From the human T2T-CHM13v2.0 reference genome, Homo sapiens, in the NCBI RefSeq assembly GCF_009914755.1, contig NC_060941.1: 64,000 bases of DNA, one strand, 5' to 3'. The notes below the pieces were generated by a model, which did not search any database, was not told where the DNA came from, and saw only the letters and a program-made list of their open reading frames with translations. The position numbers and the translations under genes were made by a program. Below are positions 1-16,600 of this stretch, piece by piece; position 1 is the first letter of the stretch; each line of letters starts with the position of its first letter.

Positions 1-86
1 TTTTAAAAAAAAAAAAAAAAAGAGGCTGGGCACAGTGGCTCACGCCTGTAATCCCAGCACTTTGGGAGGCTGACGTGGGCAGATCA

Positions 87-374
<288 letters not shown>

Positions 375-3300
375 CTACATATATAATCTACAGGCCTAAA
401 GCAGAGTTCATAAAATCTGACAGGTAAAGACACTCTACTTTTCTTTCCTTCCCTTGCCAAAGTAAAAATTCATAAAGCACTCAAATCTATAGCCCCAATA
501 GCAGTTTATAATAAAAATCTCAGAAGACAATTGAAATTGTATTAGATAAAATGTTCATAAGTATTTTTAAAAATCAAATATAACTACTATATAAACAAAC
601 AGATAACTAAAATAAGCAACTGATATTGCCACTGATTCTACAAAGCACTTTATGGCTTGCATTAACCATGAAAATTTATACAAGGCTTTGCACGTGATTC
701 AACTCTGGACACAGAACCCATTGAGATACGTTAATGTCCTAAAATACCCCTTTCACTACATAAGCTCTGAATAGGCTTAAAACAAGCACAGCCTATGGGT
801 AGCACTGTAGAATTTGGAGCTAGATTTTACTGTCCCCACCAAGTTCCGCCAGCCATAGAGCAACAAATCAAAGTTCCAATAAGCACATTGCACCTGCAAG
901 ACTTAGGTATGCTCCAAGTCAAATATTTGCAATTTTTTCATCCCAAATCTGCACAAATGAAAAAATGCAGATCGCAGTGCCAGACTTCTAAATCTTGTCA
1001 TAAGACAAAATGATCTGTAGTTTTACTCCAACATGCTCCATATCCTAACATGTATTGAGTCTCTAATATGATCATATGCCAGGAACTGCTAGGAGTTTAC
1101 ATACATTATCTCTAATCCTCATAACAAATTCCATTCTGCTGCTGAGGAAACTGAGGCCAGAGAGCTCAAAGTGACTTGTTCAATATCATAAGACCAGTAA
1201 ACAGTGGAGCGGGGGTTTTAAATCGAGTTATGCCTACCTCCAAAGCATCATCTATCTCCATGAGCCTTCTTCAGCTAAAGTCACTAAACGCAGCACCAGT
1301 TCACCTCTATCGAAGTAAATTCAAGTGCTGATTGTCAGAAATGATGACAACACCTGAGAAAAATATCACACCTAAAATGGTAGCACAAGACCTAAGACTT
1401 CACAACAAGGAGGTGTAGTTATGCCCTTTAGAATAACAAGTTTTAAAGGCTATGGTTCAAAATACAAGACAATCCACTTTTTTTTGTTGTTGTCTCTCAG
1501 CTGACTTTTTTATAACAAGGGAAATGAAATTCAAGAGTATAGTCACATTTTTTTGGTAAAATTATCTAAAACCCCTGAGAAAAGGGTGACTTCAAAAGTT
1601 CACATTCTAGTTTACCTCTTCGTTAGGCTTCAGACATTCAAAAACAAAATCACATCAGTAGCATTACTAATCAACTTTTTTTTTCTACAGACTTGAAAAG
1701 TATTTTCTTACCACACTACGAGATTACTTCCCATACTTAGAACAGAAATGGCAACAGTTCTGGGTGTCACGAATCAGATCTTGAGACCACAGCTGCAGAA
1801 AGTAGGTGCTGTTTCCCTTGAGTAGGAGCTGCTGATCTGAAACCTCCTAAGGGAAGGGTGTCTGAAGAAGAGTGTTGGAGAAACTAAAGCAAGCTGTTTG
1901 TATTAATGAGAGTGAACTGCTGGCACCACTACTCCTTAAGTGTTTCACTGCTATGCAATTGTTTTCCAGCTTCCAAGTTCTGAATCTGGCAGGGAGAGAA
2001 TGCTGTTCTCACAACCGTATATGTTATATGATCAGCTGCTCTATGATGTGTGGGTGTTTAACTAGGTAAGTGACTGGTTTAGAAGAGGTTCTGCAATACT
2101 AAATCAAGGAAGCACACTGTCCTCTGAGATTTTAATGGTCTGTCAGTATACTACAAAGTATATACAAAGAAAAGTAACCTACTTGCAACTTTGAAATGGT
2201 TTGGGTTTAGAATAGCCAAATGATTTCCGACAGTAAAACTTCAGGCATGACATGAGCAAAAAATATAATGTGTAATATAAAGCACTGGCAGCATGTTTAT
2301 GAGATAATAAAAAAGGCAATATTTGCAACTTCAGCATGCTTTCAAACTTATAGGGTATGCTGCATAATTAGTAGAATAAATGCTATTCTTCAGGTGTATG
2401 GAACAGGTTCTATAGGCAAGATTCCAAGGCTCCCTTGCCTTCCAAAGTGCCAGTTTATATCATAAATTCCTTAGCTTCTCAGAACCCCCCAGATGCAAAG
2501 AATAGGAAGGTCTCAAAGAATTTTTTAAGTGAAAAATAATGGCAGAATCGTAAGCTCCTAAAGAGCCGGTACTGTGCTTAAAATTACTACCCATTCCAAC
2601 ACTATCACAAGCTGGAATAAATATCTCCTGATTGCAATACGACCGAAAGGCAAAAGCTGGGTGCAGAGTAATTTAAACAAAAATAGCTGATATTTATCAC
2701 CTGCTTATTGATAGAATGGTGCAAAGTTCATCCTCAGTTCCAGATTCTATATATGGAGGCTGAATTCCCTAACCACAATTAAAATCCTTCCATTAAAACA
2801 AAATTTCAAAATGAATGATTTTGATGGCACCATCCCCATTAAGACATGAAATCACAGTTAACAAAGTTGAAAAAAAAATCCTTTTTATGGAGCAGGTACA
2901 CCGCTATGAGAATGATATAGCCTTCTTTTAAGAGATCAGATCAACTTCAGCCAACGCATAAAGATTCAGGATAGGCATTATAAAACAGACCTTGGACTTT
3001 GCTGTTGAAATTTGCTACATTTAGAATCTGGTGCCAGGAACATACATTACCAATTGGTCAAGTCTAAACAAATTATTTTGACTCTAGTTTTAACTTTTTC
3101 TGAAAGACTCTCACATACATTTCCTTTTTACAGGAAAACGAGGAAATGATAATTTACAAATACCTAACTTATCCTAATCAAAGAACAAAACACAAGGTTA
3201 CATGCATAAGCTACTTTGTTGTTTATTGCTCAGGGCCAGACAATGTACTCTAATCCTTTTTAAAAAAAAACTAACCAACTAAACAAAACACACAACGCAA

Positions 3301-4914
3301 GTTCCTTTCACTTTTGCATAACAGAGATCTTAACCTGAAGTCCCAGGACCAGCTTCAAGTTGACTTTAGTGGCATACAAAATTATGTGTCTATTTAATGG
3401 AGAAGACGGTTCTAAAGACTTCCATGAACCCAAACAAAGATTACTAACCACTGAAGTCAGTTCCAGGATCACTAAAACTTAGTGAACAGTTTAAACAAAA
3501 TTATACTAAAGGTATTACCTATCTGAATACTGTGCACGGTCCTGATATAAACAACCAAGCTGCCTGCCACCACTGACAATCACAGTGTCAAGCCCCACTC
3601 ACAAAACAGCCCCACTCGACGACATCACCTGTATTCAGCTCAGACACCACACATCCCAGCAACAGCAGCTCCTCAATCCCTAAGCACACACATGTTGTCA
3701 ACAAAGCATGTGCTAGTTGCCATTCCCAGAACAATACGGGCCTGGCCATCCTCTGGAAAAAAAAAATACACATTCTTTCCTGAATACTACCCTACGAATA
3801 CATTATGCCTTGATCATAGATCCCAAACACTACAACAAAATAGGAGAAACTTGCACACACCATATCTAATCAACTGGGAAAAAAGCATCACTCAGGTGTT
3901 CCTGAGGGTCCACGGGAGATGCATGTAAGGGATACACTATGATAATGATGCTTGAACACGGGGACAATCTGGGGGCAAAGGCAGACTCACGCAGGAACAC
4001 CCCGAAAACGTGGATGTGGAAAGCACCCTTCTCCAAAGGCACAAGCACATTCCTTTGATTGGCAAAAGCCATTTCTGACAATGGATCCGCGGTGACAGGG
4101 GCTGCTCGGCAATCAGGAAGTGAGTGAGTGTATGAGTGTGTCTGTGTTGTGGGGGAGGGATGCTCTAGTTGTGATCAAAGCTGGACCTTTTCAGAGAAGG
4201 TCTCGAATCCTGAAGACAGACTTCGAGGTGAGGCAGGGGCATTTATCATTTCTATTGGAGACATCCCTCGACAATGAACATGTTACGTGGAGATGTAACG
4301 GGGGTGTCACTACCTTTGGTGTCTCGGATCTAAGAATCTTCAGCAGAGCCTGATTGGAGGGGAGGAGGAGGTGGGGGTGGAGAAAGGTCTGCATTACCCA
4401 CTGGGGTGAGTGTGGGGCTGCCGGTGGCGGGTGTACATCAGACGCATTTTATCTACTGGCGGCACAATACTCCCGGGGGTTGGAGGTTTGGGTGCAACCG
4501 CAAGGCGGGGGAGGTAGTGGGTGCAAGCCACCAGCTGCAGGGCAGGAGAACGCTCGCAGGAGGACCGGTGCAAACCTCCTCTCGGCCCGCTAACCCGTGC
4601 CGCCCCAGCCTCCCCTCAGGCCTCAGGGCGAGCGGACCCGCTGCAAAACTGCAGCCAAGCCCGGGTCCAGGAGGAAGGGGGCGAAAGAGCAGGAGCGGGG
4701 CGCCCCCAGCCCAAGCTGGGTGCCTGAGGAGCTCAGCGCCCGGGGCCTCCCAGCCGGATGGGGGCTGCTCCGGCCTAGCGCACGCAGCTGCCTCGGCGAA
4801 GGGTTACGCCGGCCCCCGGAGCCCGGGCCGGCCCCGCGGGCGGCGGAGAGGAAGGGCTGCCGGGGGCGCCGCCGCGGCGGTGGCGAGTGCGTGGGGGAAG
4901 GGGCCCTTACTCAC

Positions 4915-5145
4915 CCGGGCCGGCCGCCTCCGCCTCCGCCGCCCCGGCCGCCGCCTCGGCGGTCCATCCCTGCGGCGGGGGCCTGCAGCCGCGGCGCTCG
5001 AGTCACAACCGCCGGCTGGGCCAGCCCCTCCCCCCCTGCCCAACGTCTGTCCTCAGGGCCGCTCCTCAGACCCGGCCTCGGCCGCTGCCGCTGCCGCCGC
5101 AGCGCTACGTGGCCGCCGCTCCGACGTCTCGCGACTCCCTTCCCA
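4915..5145 (-). other. ZNF652: ZNF652 non-coding first exon (proximal); 5' end approximate
   Basis: Strong minus-strand donor CGG|GTGAGT at 4915/4914 inside the CpG island; sequence to the left looks intronic. Confidence 0.7.
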
Positions 5146-5418
5146 GCGCGCGAGGGCGAGCGGGGCCGGCGGGGCGGGCAGCGCGGGGCGGGCGGCAGGG
5201 GAGGGGGTGTGCGTGTGTGGATGTGTGTGCCGGAGGGGGCAGGGAGGGAGGCGAGCGGCGGCGAGGACGCGCGCGCCCGCGCGCGCCCGCGGCCCCTTCC
5301 CTCGCTGGCCCCCCCGCCCAACGGGGATCCCGACACCTCCCTCCGCCCGCCCCCTCAGCATCCCGGCCGCTGGGAGCGGCGGCGCGCATGCGCAGCCCTC
5401 GGGCCGGCCCGGGCGCAC

Positions 5419-5505
5419 CTTTTCTGTCTCCTGCCACATTGTGAGCGCTCCGCCGCCCAGATAACCGCCGGCTCCCCGCGCCGCCCCCGCCTTCTCCCAC
5501 TCCGC
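5419..5505 (-). other. ZNF652: Candidate alternative ZNF652 first exon (distal); 5' end approximate
   Basis: Minus-strand donor AAG|GTGCGC at 5419/5418, just downstream of the NRF1 site at 5538-5549. Confidence 0.5.
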
Positions 5506-6692
5506 CCACTGCCGGGAGCCCAGGTAAAGACGAGAGCTGCGCATGCGCGGCGCTCTCCGTGAGTCGGGGGGCGTGGTTGCCGAAAGGAAGCCAAAGTGAA
5601 GAGTGCAGGGGGTTGTAGCAGGCGCTGCTGTGGGATTCCACAAAATAGGCGCGGGTTAGGATGGGGAAGGTAAAGTGAAGAAACGGGCCAAAGCAGAAAA
5701 GTGGGTCGACGTGAGATTTGGAAGTAAAAAGAGACTTTGAATAAAAACTTAACGACTGCTGACCTCCTTGTTCTCCTTGGAGGGCAGTGGGAGTGACGGG
5801 GGGCAGAAATCAGCTCGGCAGCATGCAAGCAGTAGTGGTCATTCGCCGTATGAATGGGACCGCTAAAAACTGAACAGTTTCGAGATTGCCAGGGTGCTCA
5901 GAAAAACAGATTTAGAGCCTCGCCTGTCCTGTGGCCAGGAATAGGGAAGGGGATGTGTGTGTTTGAGACCTACAGCAGCTGCGGTAAAGGAAGCCTCCAT
6001 TGTATTACAGTATTATGACTAATTAGCTATTAATCATTAATATACTCAGTGGTACTATTAGTTGACAAGGTAGCATTTATCCGAGTTCAGAGACAAGAGA
6101 GTGTCCATAATTGAAAGTGTTTAGGGTACAGGGAGAGGAAATGAACCCGGCAAGGTGAAGGCCTGGGATGGAAAAGACCCAAGACAGCAAATCCGAGGTC
6201 AGGGTTCCCTTTCCCAACATAAACCAAACTTCCCTGAAGTTGTCCAAATCCTACCTTAATTGGAACTCCTTCCATTATTAAAAGCACACTTAACTAATGT
6301 TCTTGCACTAAGGCTGACCCCAATAGCACATAAACATTTTCTTTTTCTTTTTTTTTTTTTCTTATTTGAGACATGGTCTCACTCTGTCACTCAGGCTGGA
6401 GCGCAGTAGCATGATCACGGCTCACTGCCGCCTCCTCCTACCACGCTCACATAAGCCTCCCACCTCAGCCTGTGGAGTAGCTGGGACTACAGGAGTGTGC
6501 TGCCTCACCTGGATAATTTTTAAATTTTTGTAGAGACAAGGTCTCCCTATGTTCCCCAGGTTGGTCTCAAACTCTTGGGCTCAAGCAGTCCTCCCACCTC
6601 AGCCTCCCAAAGTAATGGGATTACAGGTATGAGCCACTGTACCTGGCTGACATTTTCAATACACATGCAGCTACTTTTCCCTAAAATAGCAC

Positions 6693-7428
<736 letters not shown>

Positions 7429-9394
7429 CCAACAAGCACCCCACTCCCGTGACCCAAAATCCTGCAGGGAGTAAGATGACCTGAGTCTGGGACAAGGTTA
7501 GGGAAAAGATTGAAACTTTCTAAGCAAAGGGGTCCAAGAGCTGACTCTGTCCTTGTCCCCTTCCAAAAACAGATGCTTGACTTTTATTACATCTGGTCTC
7601 TGGACTCTAGGGATAATTTTGGCAACTTTGGGTCATGTTTTTCAATAATGAGTTTTTTTCAGTGAATAAACACTAAAAACAATACCATATTTCAGCAGGT
7701 AGAGAGAAAATCTTCAGGTAGAACAGGAGGAAATAAGCAGAAGTAATAAAAGGAGAGACAGATTCAATGTGAGAAAGAACATGGTATCCATAGGAGCTGG
7801 TGAGCCTGGGACATCTCAGTGAGGTCAATGTCTCGCTTTGCCTTTTTAGACATTTGATCCGTTCCCCACCCTCTGCTAGTCAGAGCTATCCAGCTTAGAA
7901 GAGGGGTGTGCAGAATGATGGCTAATGAATGAGGTGACTTTCCCAGTGTCTGTGACTCTCCACCCACAGGCCAACTCTCTGAAGGATTCCTAGTAACTAA
8001 GTATGGTTTTTGCAGGGAGGTTATGTCCCTTATCTCTTTTTCTTTCTTTCTTTCTTTTTTTTTTTTTTTTTGAGACGAAGTCTTGCTCTTGTCGTCCAGG
8101 CTGGAGTGCAGTAGCGTTATCTCGGCTCACTGAAACCTCCACCTCCTGGGTTCAAGCGATTCTCCTGCCTCAGCCTCCTGAGTAGCTGGGATTATAGATG
8201 CGCACCACCACACCCGGCTAATTTTTGTATTTTTAGTAGAGACGGGGTTTTGCCATGTTGGCCAGGCTGGTCTCAAACTCCTGACCTCAGGCAATCCGCC
8301 CGCATCAGCCTCCCAAAGTGCTAGGGTTACAGGCGTGAGCCATCGCATCCGGACTTATGTCCATTATCTCATCAGATCTTCCAACAACCCTGCAAGGCAG
8401 ACAGGATAGATATTATTCCCAATGAAGGAAATTCAGGCCAAGGAATGTTTAATGGCTCAGGCAAAGTCACCCAGCTCAGTAAACAACGGAGCCAAAGCAG
8501 GCCCCAGGCTCCCTGACTCCCAGCCTGCTGGTCTTTCAGAGGCTTTGACAGGCCTGCTCTGAGAATCCGCCATTTATTGCCATGTAGTGAAAACAGGTGC
8601 CCTTAGCATGTGATGGAGAATAATTCTAACATTCAGTTCTACTTCTCTATCTCCTTTATTTAATGTTTTTTTCCTTCTTCTTTCTTTCTTTCTCTCCCCA
8701 GAAGCCTGGGACTTGCCTCTGTGATCTGGTGCTTTGGAGGGCCTTGGGCCTCAGGGCTAGCAAGGTCCCTTTCTGGAGATTCCAGTTCCTCTGCCCGCCC
8801 TCCTTTACCTCTTTCTCCTCACACATCTGTCTGAGGGATGGGGATGAGGGCTGCCAACCAATGTTACCACTTGACAGACCACAAGAGGGCTGGTTCCAGT
8901 GCCTCCCTTGTTCAGCTGCTGACACTGCAGCTTGGCAGTCATTGAAGGCAATATTTAGCTCCTACATCTGACCTGATTGGAAGATCAGGCTTCTGTCGTC
9001 CTGGTTTCCTGGCCTTGGATAGTTCTTCACTAACTTTTATTCATTAAGGCAGTGGGCAGAAAGCAGCAGAACCCTGTTTTTTCTTTTTTTGGGGTTTTTG
9101 TTGTTGTTGTTGTTGTTGTTGTTGTTTTGTGTTTTTTTTTGAAACAGGGTCTCCCTCTGTCACCCATGCTGGAGTGCAGAGGTTCTGTCATAACTCACTA
9201 TAGCCTCGACCTCCTGGGCTCAAGCAATTTTCCCACCTCAGCCTCCTGAGTAGCTAGGGACCACAGGTGCATGCCACTATGCCTAACTAATTTTTGTATT
9301 TTTTTGTAGAGATGGGGTTTTGCCATGTTGCCCATGCTGGTTTTGAACTCTAGAACTCAAGCAATCAGCTGGCCTCAGCCTCCCAAAGTACTGA

Positions 9395-9766
<372 letters not shown>

Positions 9767-10836
9767 TAAAATTCTTATTTAAAAGTTCTGTACATTTTGA
9801 GAATTCTTAAAACCTTCACACATTTAATTTAAATAGCAGCAGAGATATCTGGTTCCTGGTAATGTGAACAGGATGGCTTGATACAAGCTCCCTGCTCACT
9901 GCATTTCCTCACTTCCTAAATTCCTAGGGATGTACCTCCAGTGAATAATAGTTTTTACCACCTGTACATATACAGGGTCAGCGGCCATGGCTCCTTGCTC
10001 ACCCATTAACTAAGATCACATCCTACATACAGTACCAGACTTAGAGCCAGAGCCCTGGTCATGGCCTCCGAGGTTCTCACACTTGACTTTCACTCAATCA
10101 TTTCACCATTTAGGCTTTATAAAAAGGGGAGACTGGCCGGGCGCGGCGGCTCATGCCTGTAATCCCAGCACTTTGAGAGGCTGAGGGAGGTGGATGACCT
10201 GAGGTCAGGAGTGAGACCAGCCTGCCCAACATGGTGAAACCCTGTCTCTACTAAAAATACAAAAATTAGCCAGGTATAGTGGCACATGCCTGTAGTCCCA
10301 GCTACTCTGAGGCAGCTGAGGCAGGAGAATCGCTTGAACCTGGGAGGCGGAGGTTGCAGTGAGCCGAGATCATGCCACTGTACTCCAGCCTGGGTGACAC
10401 AGTGAAACTCCATCTCAAATAAATAAATAAATAAAATGGGGGAATTATATGACTGTTAGGGTCCTCCAGATCTGATACCCAGGACTGTAATCTAAAGACT
10501 TGATTATGTTCATTAATACATGGCAATTTCATTCCTTTCCTAAGAATTACTATCCAAAGATCATCCCTAAGCCCTTCCTACAAGAAACTGCCCCTTTTAC
10601 AGAATGAATAAAGTTGTCCTAGATTCCCGTTTTTTCCTCACTTTTTCTCATATCTCTAAGTGACAGTATCCGGAGACAGCTCAGAAAGCTGGATTTTTAG
10701 CTTTTCGTCATAGGGCTTGTATATGTACATGCATGCATGCACAAATGTATGTATATGTTCATTCTTAAAGGGATATGGGCCATGGGCACCTTCACTCTGT
10801 GGCCCCCCACCTCCCACCAGCCCTACTTGAATTTTA

Positions 10837-11304
<468 letters not shown>

Positions 11305-11424
11305 TCAGCTACTTCAGGAGTCTGAGACAGGAGAATTGCTTGAACCTGGGAGGCCCTTGCAGTGAGCTGAGATTGTGCCACTGCACTCAGCCTGGGCAAC
11401 AAGAGTGAAACTCCGCCTCAATGA

Positions 11425-11463
<39 letters not shown>

Positions 11464-11683
11464 ATGCCAGGATGCCTAGAAGAACAAAAGAGTATGTACT
11501 AAGAGGCCAGATATATGAGTGCAGCTGTAGTGATAAGGAGGCCATTGGGATAGCCAATGTCACATAGGTCTAAAGTTTGGTTTTAGCTAGAGCTTTCTTC
11601 TACCCTAATACTGCCCCCATGTCCTGACAGCGGGTATTGCAGCAAATCCTGGACTGCAGCCAGAAGCTCTGGTCTCTACATCA

Positions 11684-12046
<363 letters not shown>

Positions 12047-13260
12047 TCAAACAAACAAAAAAACCCACAAAAAACCAAAATGCATTTTATAGTGTTAAAG
12101 AAAACATATTTATGTGGCAATTTCTACACATTTTTCTTCTGCATTACTTCATTTAATCCTTCTCTCAATCCTGAGAGCAAAGGACAGAAAATGTTGTTCC
12201 CACTGTTTTCCACTGTTTGGTTTTGGTTTGTTTCCTTTCTTTTTTTTTCTTTGAGACAGGCTCTTGCTCTGTCACTCAAGCTGGAATGCAGTGGCGTGAT
12301 CATAGCTCACTGTAGCCTTGACTTCTTGGGCTCAAGTGATCCCACCTCAGCCTCCCAAGTAGCTGGGACTACAGGCACACACCACCACATCTGGCTAATT
12401 CTTTTTTATTTTTAGTATAGACGAGGTCTCACTATGTGACCAGGCTGGTCTCCAACTCCTGAGCTGAAGCTATCCTCCTGCCTCAGCCTCCCAAAGTGCT
12501 GGGAGATCTGGCCCTTGTTTTTTGTTTTTGTTTTTGTTTTTTATGAGATGGGTGGCTGTTGCCCAGACTGGAGTCCCGTGACACGATCACAGCTCACTGC
12601 AGCCTCGACCTCCCCAGGCTCAGGTGATCCTCTCACTTCAGTTTTTTTTTGTATTTTAGTAGAGACAGAGTTTTGCCATGTTGCCCAGGCTGTTCTCGAA
12701 TTCCTGAGCTCAAGGGATCTGTCTGCCTCAGCCTCCCAAAGTGCTAGGATTACAGGCAGGAGTGAGCCACTGTGCCTGGCCCCTTGCTGTTTTTTTGTTT
12801 TGTTTTGTTTTTGTTTGTTTGTTTTACAGCAAATAAAAATGCAGTCTGGATTTTAAGGGCCACACAGCAGCAAGAACTAAAACCTGGGTCTCCAAGGTCC
12901 AAGTCCAGGACTTCTCTATGACACCCTACTGCAGCCCTTTGCTGGATACCATACAAAGCAAATTGAGCAGATGTGTTCTCTGCCCTCTGAAAGTTTGGAC
13001 TCAAATGGACAGCCACAATTCTGGCAAACATAAAAGGACAAAGTGATTTAGTGTCAACTCACATACGCAATAAATAACTGAGTTAAATAGATAAGGAAAG
13101 GCATGTTCACCTGGTCTACTGATATTTTTTAAATTCCAGTTGAGTAGAGAGCAATGTTAATAAGACTAAGGTTTTGGGCCAGTCCCATTTTTGCCTACTT
13201 GCTTTGCACCTGGAAAAATATTTGTAACTGCATGCAAACTCTTTCCCCTCCTCGTCTTCA

Positions 13261-13681
<421 letters not shown>

Positions 13682-16600
13682 TCATCTGTGCCCTCGAGCA
13701 ACATCTTTAACCATTCGCCTAATTCAAACCACTGGGATGAAAATGTATATCCTGTATATACCATCTCTACTGCTGGGAAAAAAGACACGTCAACTCAATA
13801 CCCATCCTATTTTTAGACGGCCTGAGATTCGTCCTTATCCATGCAGGGCAGTCGGGTAGGACAATGAAGAGGTGGACTTCTGAATTTGAGAGAAATTGGT
13901 CTTATCCCAGAGAAGTGAGGCCACCACCCACCTGCAATAGCTTGGCTTCCTGGATCCCTAAGCAAAGGTAGAAAGGAACCCTGGGGTTAGGTAGTGTGGG
14001 CAAAGACCTGCAGCCGGAGAATTCCCTATCCTCCTATCTCAGAGCAGACTGTTGCAGCCCTCAATTCATCCTTTGGGGGTTCTGCCTCAGGCTCTTGTCT
14101 CCAGTAGAATGATCTAAGGATCTAAGGGAGCGAGGCCCAAATTGTGTTTGAGTCTTTAAAGAGACTCACAAATCTTTTTAAGCAGCAAGCTTAATTGTTG
14201 TCTGTAATTGATGTGACATATGCCCCAGAGGCATGCACTGAGGTCCAATTGAGATGGTTTTTTAAAAAAATTGGAATTAATTAATTAAAGAAGGCAGCTG
14301 CACGGGCCTGGTAGTTGGTGCCAAGCTCTGTAACCCTAAACCAGCCAACCAACCCAACTGGCCTCACCACCTGAGGAACAATCCCTGCAGCTCTCATGGA
14401 GATGAGATGGGATGGAAGTGCTGGGAAGCAGTGCAGGGAAGAGGGGCTTGCAAGGGGGAACGGTGGGGCTCAAGGGACCCACTCTTCACTTTCATGATCC
14501 CCCAAAGGCTTAGCTCTTGAGAACTGTTCGGGGGGACTAGGTAACTGGGAAAAAGGGGTGGGAAATTCAAATGGAAGTATGTGAGGGGCAGGCGAGATTT
14601 TGGGGGAGGGGAAGCCAGGGGGCTGGAATGGGAGGGGGAGGGGTTCGCAGGTGTGAGAACGGTGTAGCAGCTCCGGTAGGGAATGGAAGGATCCGGGGGT
14701 GGAGAGGCCTATGGGCGGAGCTCAGAGGAGGTGGAGCCTGGGTGTGGGGGCGGTAACATGGTGCCTGAGGCCTCAGCACTCAGAGGAGGTGTTAATTAAA
14801 CCCCTTACCTGAGGTCGTTAACAATGCTGTGGCAGCTTTTCCTAGGAGTTGGGTTAATAACAGTAATAATAACAATTAACGATAATGAGACCTTATCTGG
14901 AGAAAGTTGTTCCTAGAGATTGTAGGCATTAAGTCATTAATTCCCCTGGCCCCTGAGGGCCACCTTTTCCTAAAAAGTAAATGTTGGTGCAAGCAGACAC
15001 AAACAATCCTTGTGCACCTGAGGACTGAACTGGTGTCCTGTGGCCAGTCTGCTAGGCTTGCTGCCCTTGGCTGACTGGGTTAGTTCATTTACACGGGGAT
15101 AATATCCAGAGTTCGATTAGGGCATCGTAAACTGTTATAATTTTTTGCATTATCTAAAGTCTCTGAAACGATGCTTAAATGAAGTGAGGTCAGAAATCAC
15201 CACCATAAGATGCCAACACAACTTTGATGTTGAAAACTCGGCCAGGAGCGGTAGCTCATGCCTATAATCTCAGCACTTTGAGAGGCCAAGGCGGGTGGAT
15301 CACTTGAGGCCAGGAGTTCGAGACCAGCCTGGCCAAAATGATGAAACCCCCATCTCTACTAAAAATACAAAAATTAGCCAGATGTGGTGGTTCACACCCG
15401 TAGTCCCAGCTACTTAGTAGGCTGAGGCATGAGAATCACTTGAACCTGGAAGGCAGAGGTTGCAGTGAGCCAAGATCGCGTCACTGCACTCTATCCTGGG
15501 TGACAGAGCAAGACTCTGTCAAAAAAAAAAAAAAAAAAAAAAAAGGAAGAAAAAGAAAAAGAAAAGAAAGGAAGGAAACAAACTCAAGCCCCACCTAAGA
15601 GCACCAGCCTGAACAACATGCTCCAGTGGAGGACGGCCTGGAAATGCCCCAATACTGCATGGTGAGGCCCCGATTGGCTGAGTCTCTGCTAGAGATGGGG
15701 CAAGACTTCAGGTATCTGCCCCGGTGGACCAAGAAGGGAAATTTAGAGCAAAGGCTTGAGGGAAGTTAAAAAAGGAGTTTTCTTAGATTGGGGGAATCAC
15801 ATGGGATAGCGGTTGCTCCAAAAGCCTTGAGCAAACTTTAGTGCCAATAGTGGCTGGCCTTGCAGAGTTAAACATAGCAGCGATTACTACAAATTATTAT
15901 ATATGCTCCAATCCAAAGACGGACTTTGTATTCACATCTGGTAGATGGGAAAGTCATCATCATTATTCCAGTCAAATATCAAAGGCAGCAATATAGAGTG
16001 TGTATTGTATAGTACATTTATTTATTTTTTATTTTATTTTAGACAGAGTCTTGCTCTGTCACTCGGGCTGGAGTACAGTGACACAATCACGGTTCACTGC
16101 AGCCTGGACCTCCCAGGCTCAAGTGATCCCCCTGCTGCAGCCTCCTGAGTAGCTGGGACTACAGGCCTGTGCCACCATGTCCAGGTAATTTTTAAATTTT
16201 CTTTTCTCTCTCTCTCTCTCTCTTCTTTTTTCTTTCTGAGACAGAGTCTTGCTCTGTCACCCAGGCTGGAGTACAGTGTTGTGATCTTGGCTCACTGCAA
16301 CCTCCGTCTCCCGGATTCAAGCAATTCTTCTGACTCAGCCTGCCGAGTAGCTGGGACTACAGGCGTGCACCATGGTGACCAGCTAATTTTCGTATTTTTT
16401 TTTAGTAGAGTCGGGGTTTCACATGTTGGCCAGGCTGGTCTTAAACTCCTGACCTCAAGTGAATTTTTAAATTTTCTGTAGGAATGGCAGTCTCACTATG
16501 TTCCCCAGGCTGTCTTGAACTCCTGGGCTCAAGCAATTCTCCCACCTCGGCTTCCCAAATTATTGGGATTACAGGCATGAGCCACTGCACCTGGGCAACA

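Larger units (their letters stand above)
4450..5720. promoter_or_regulatory. ZNF652: CpG-island promoter of ZNF652 (gene runs on - strand out of the left edge)
   Basis: Very GC/CpG-rich, many GC boxes, perfect NRF1 palindromes GCGCATGCGC at 5384-5393 and 5539-5548. Gene identity comes from recalled synteny (~42 kb beyond the PHB1 3' end); no ZNF652 coding sequence is in the window. Confidence 0.85.

Noticed and set aside
4406-5828. Long overlapping ORFs (up to 352 aa) on both strands
   Set aside because: Stop-codon scarcity in a CpG island; low-complexity Arg/Gly/Pro/Ala in every frame, no domain.
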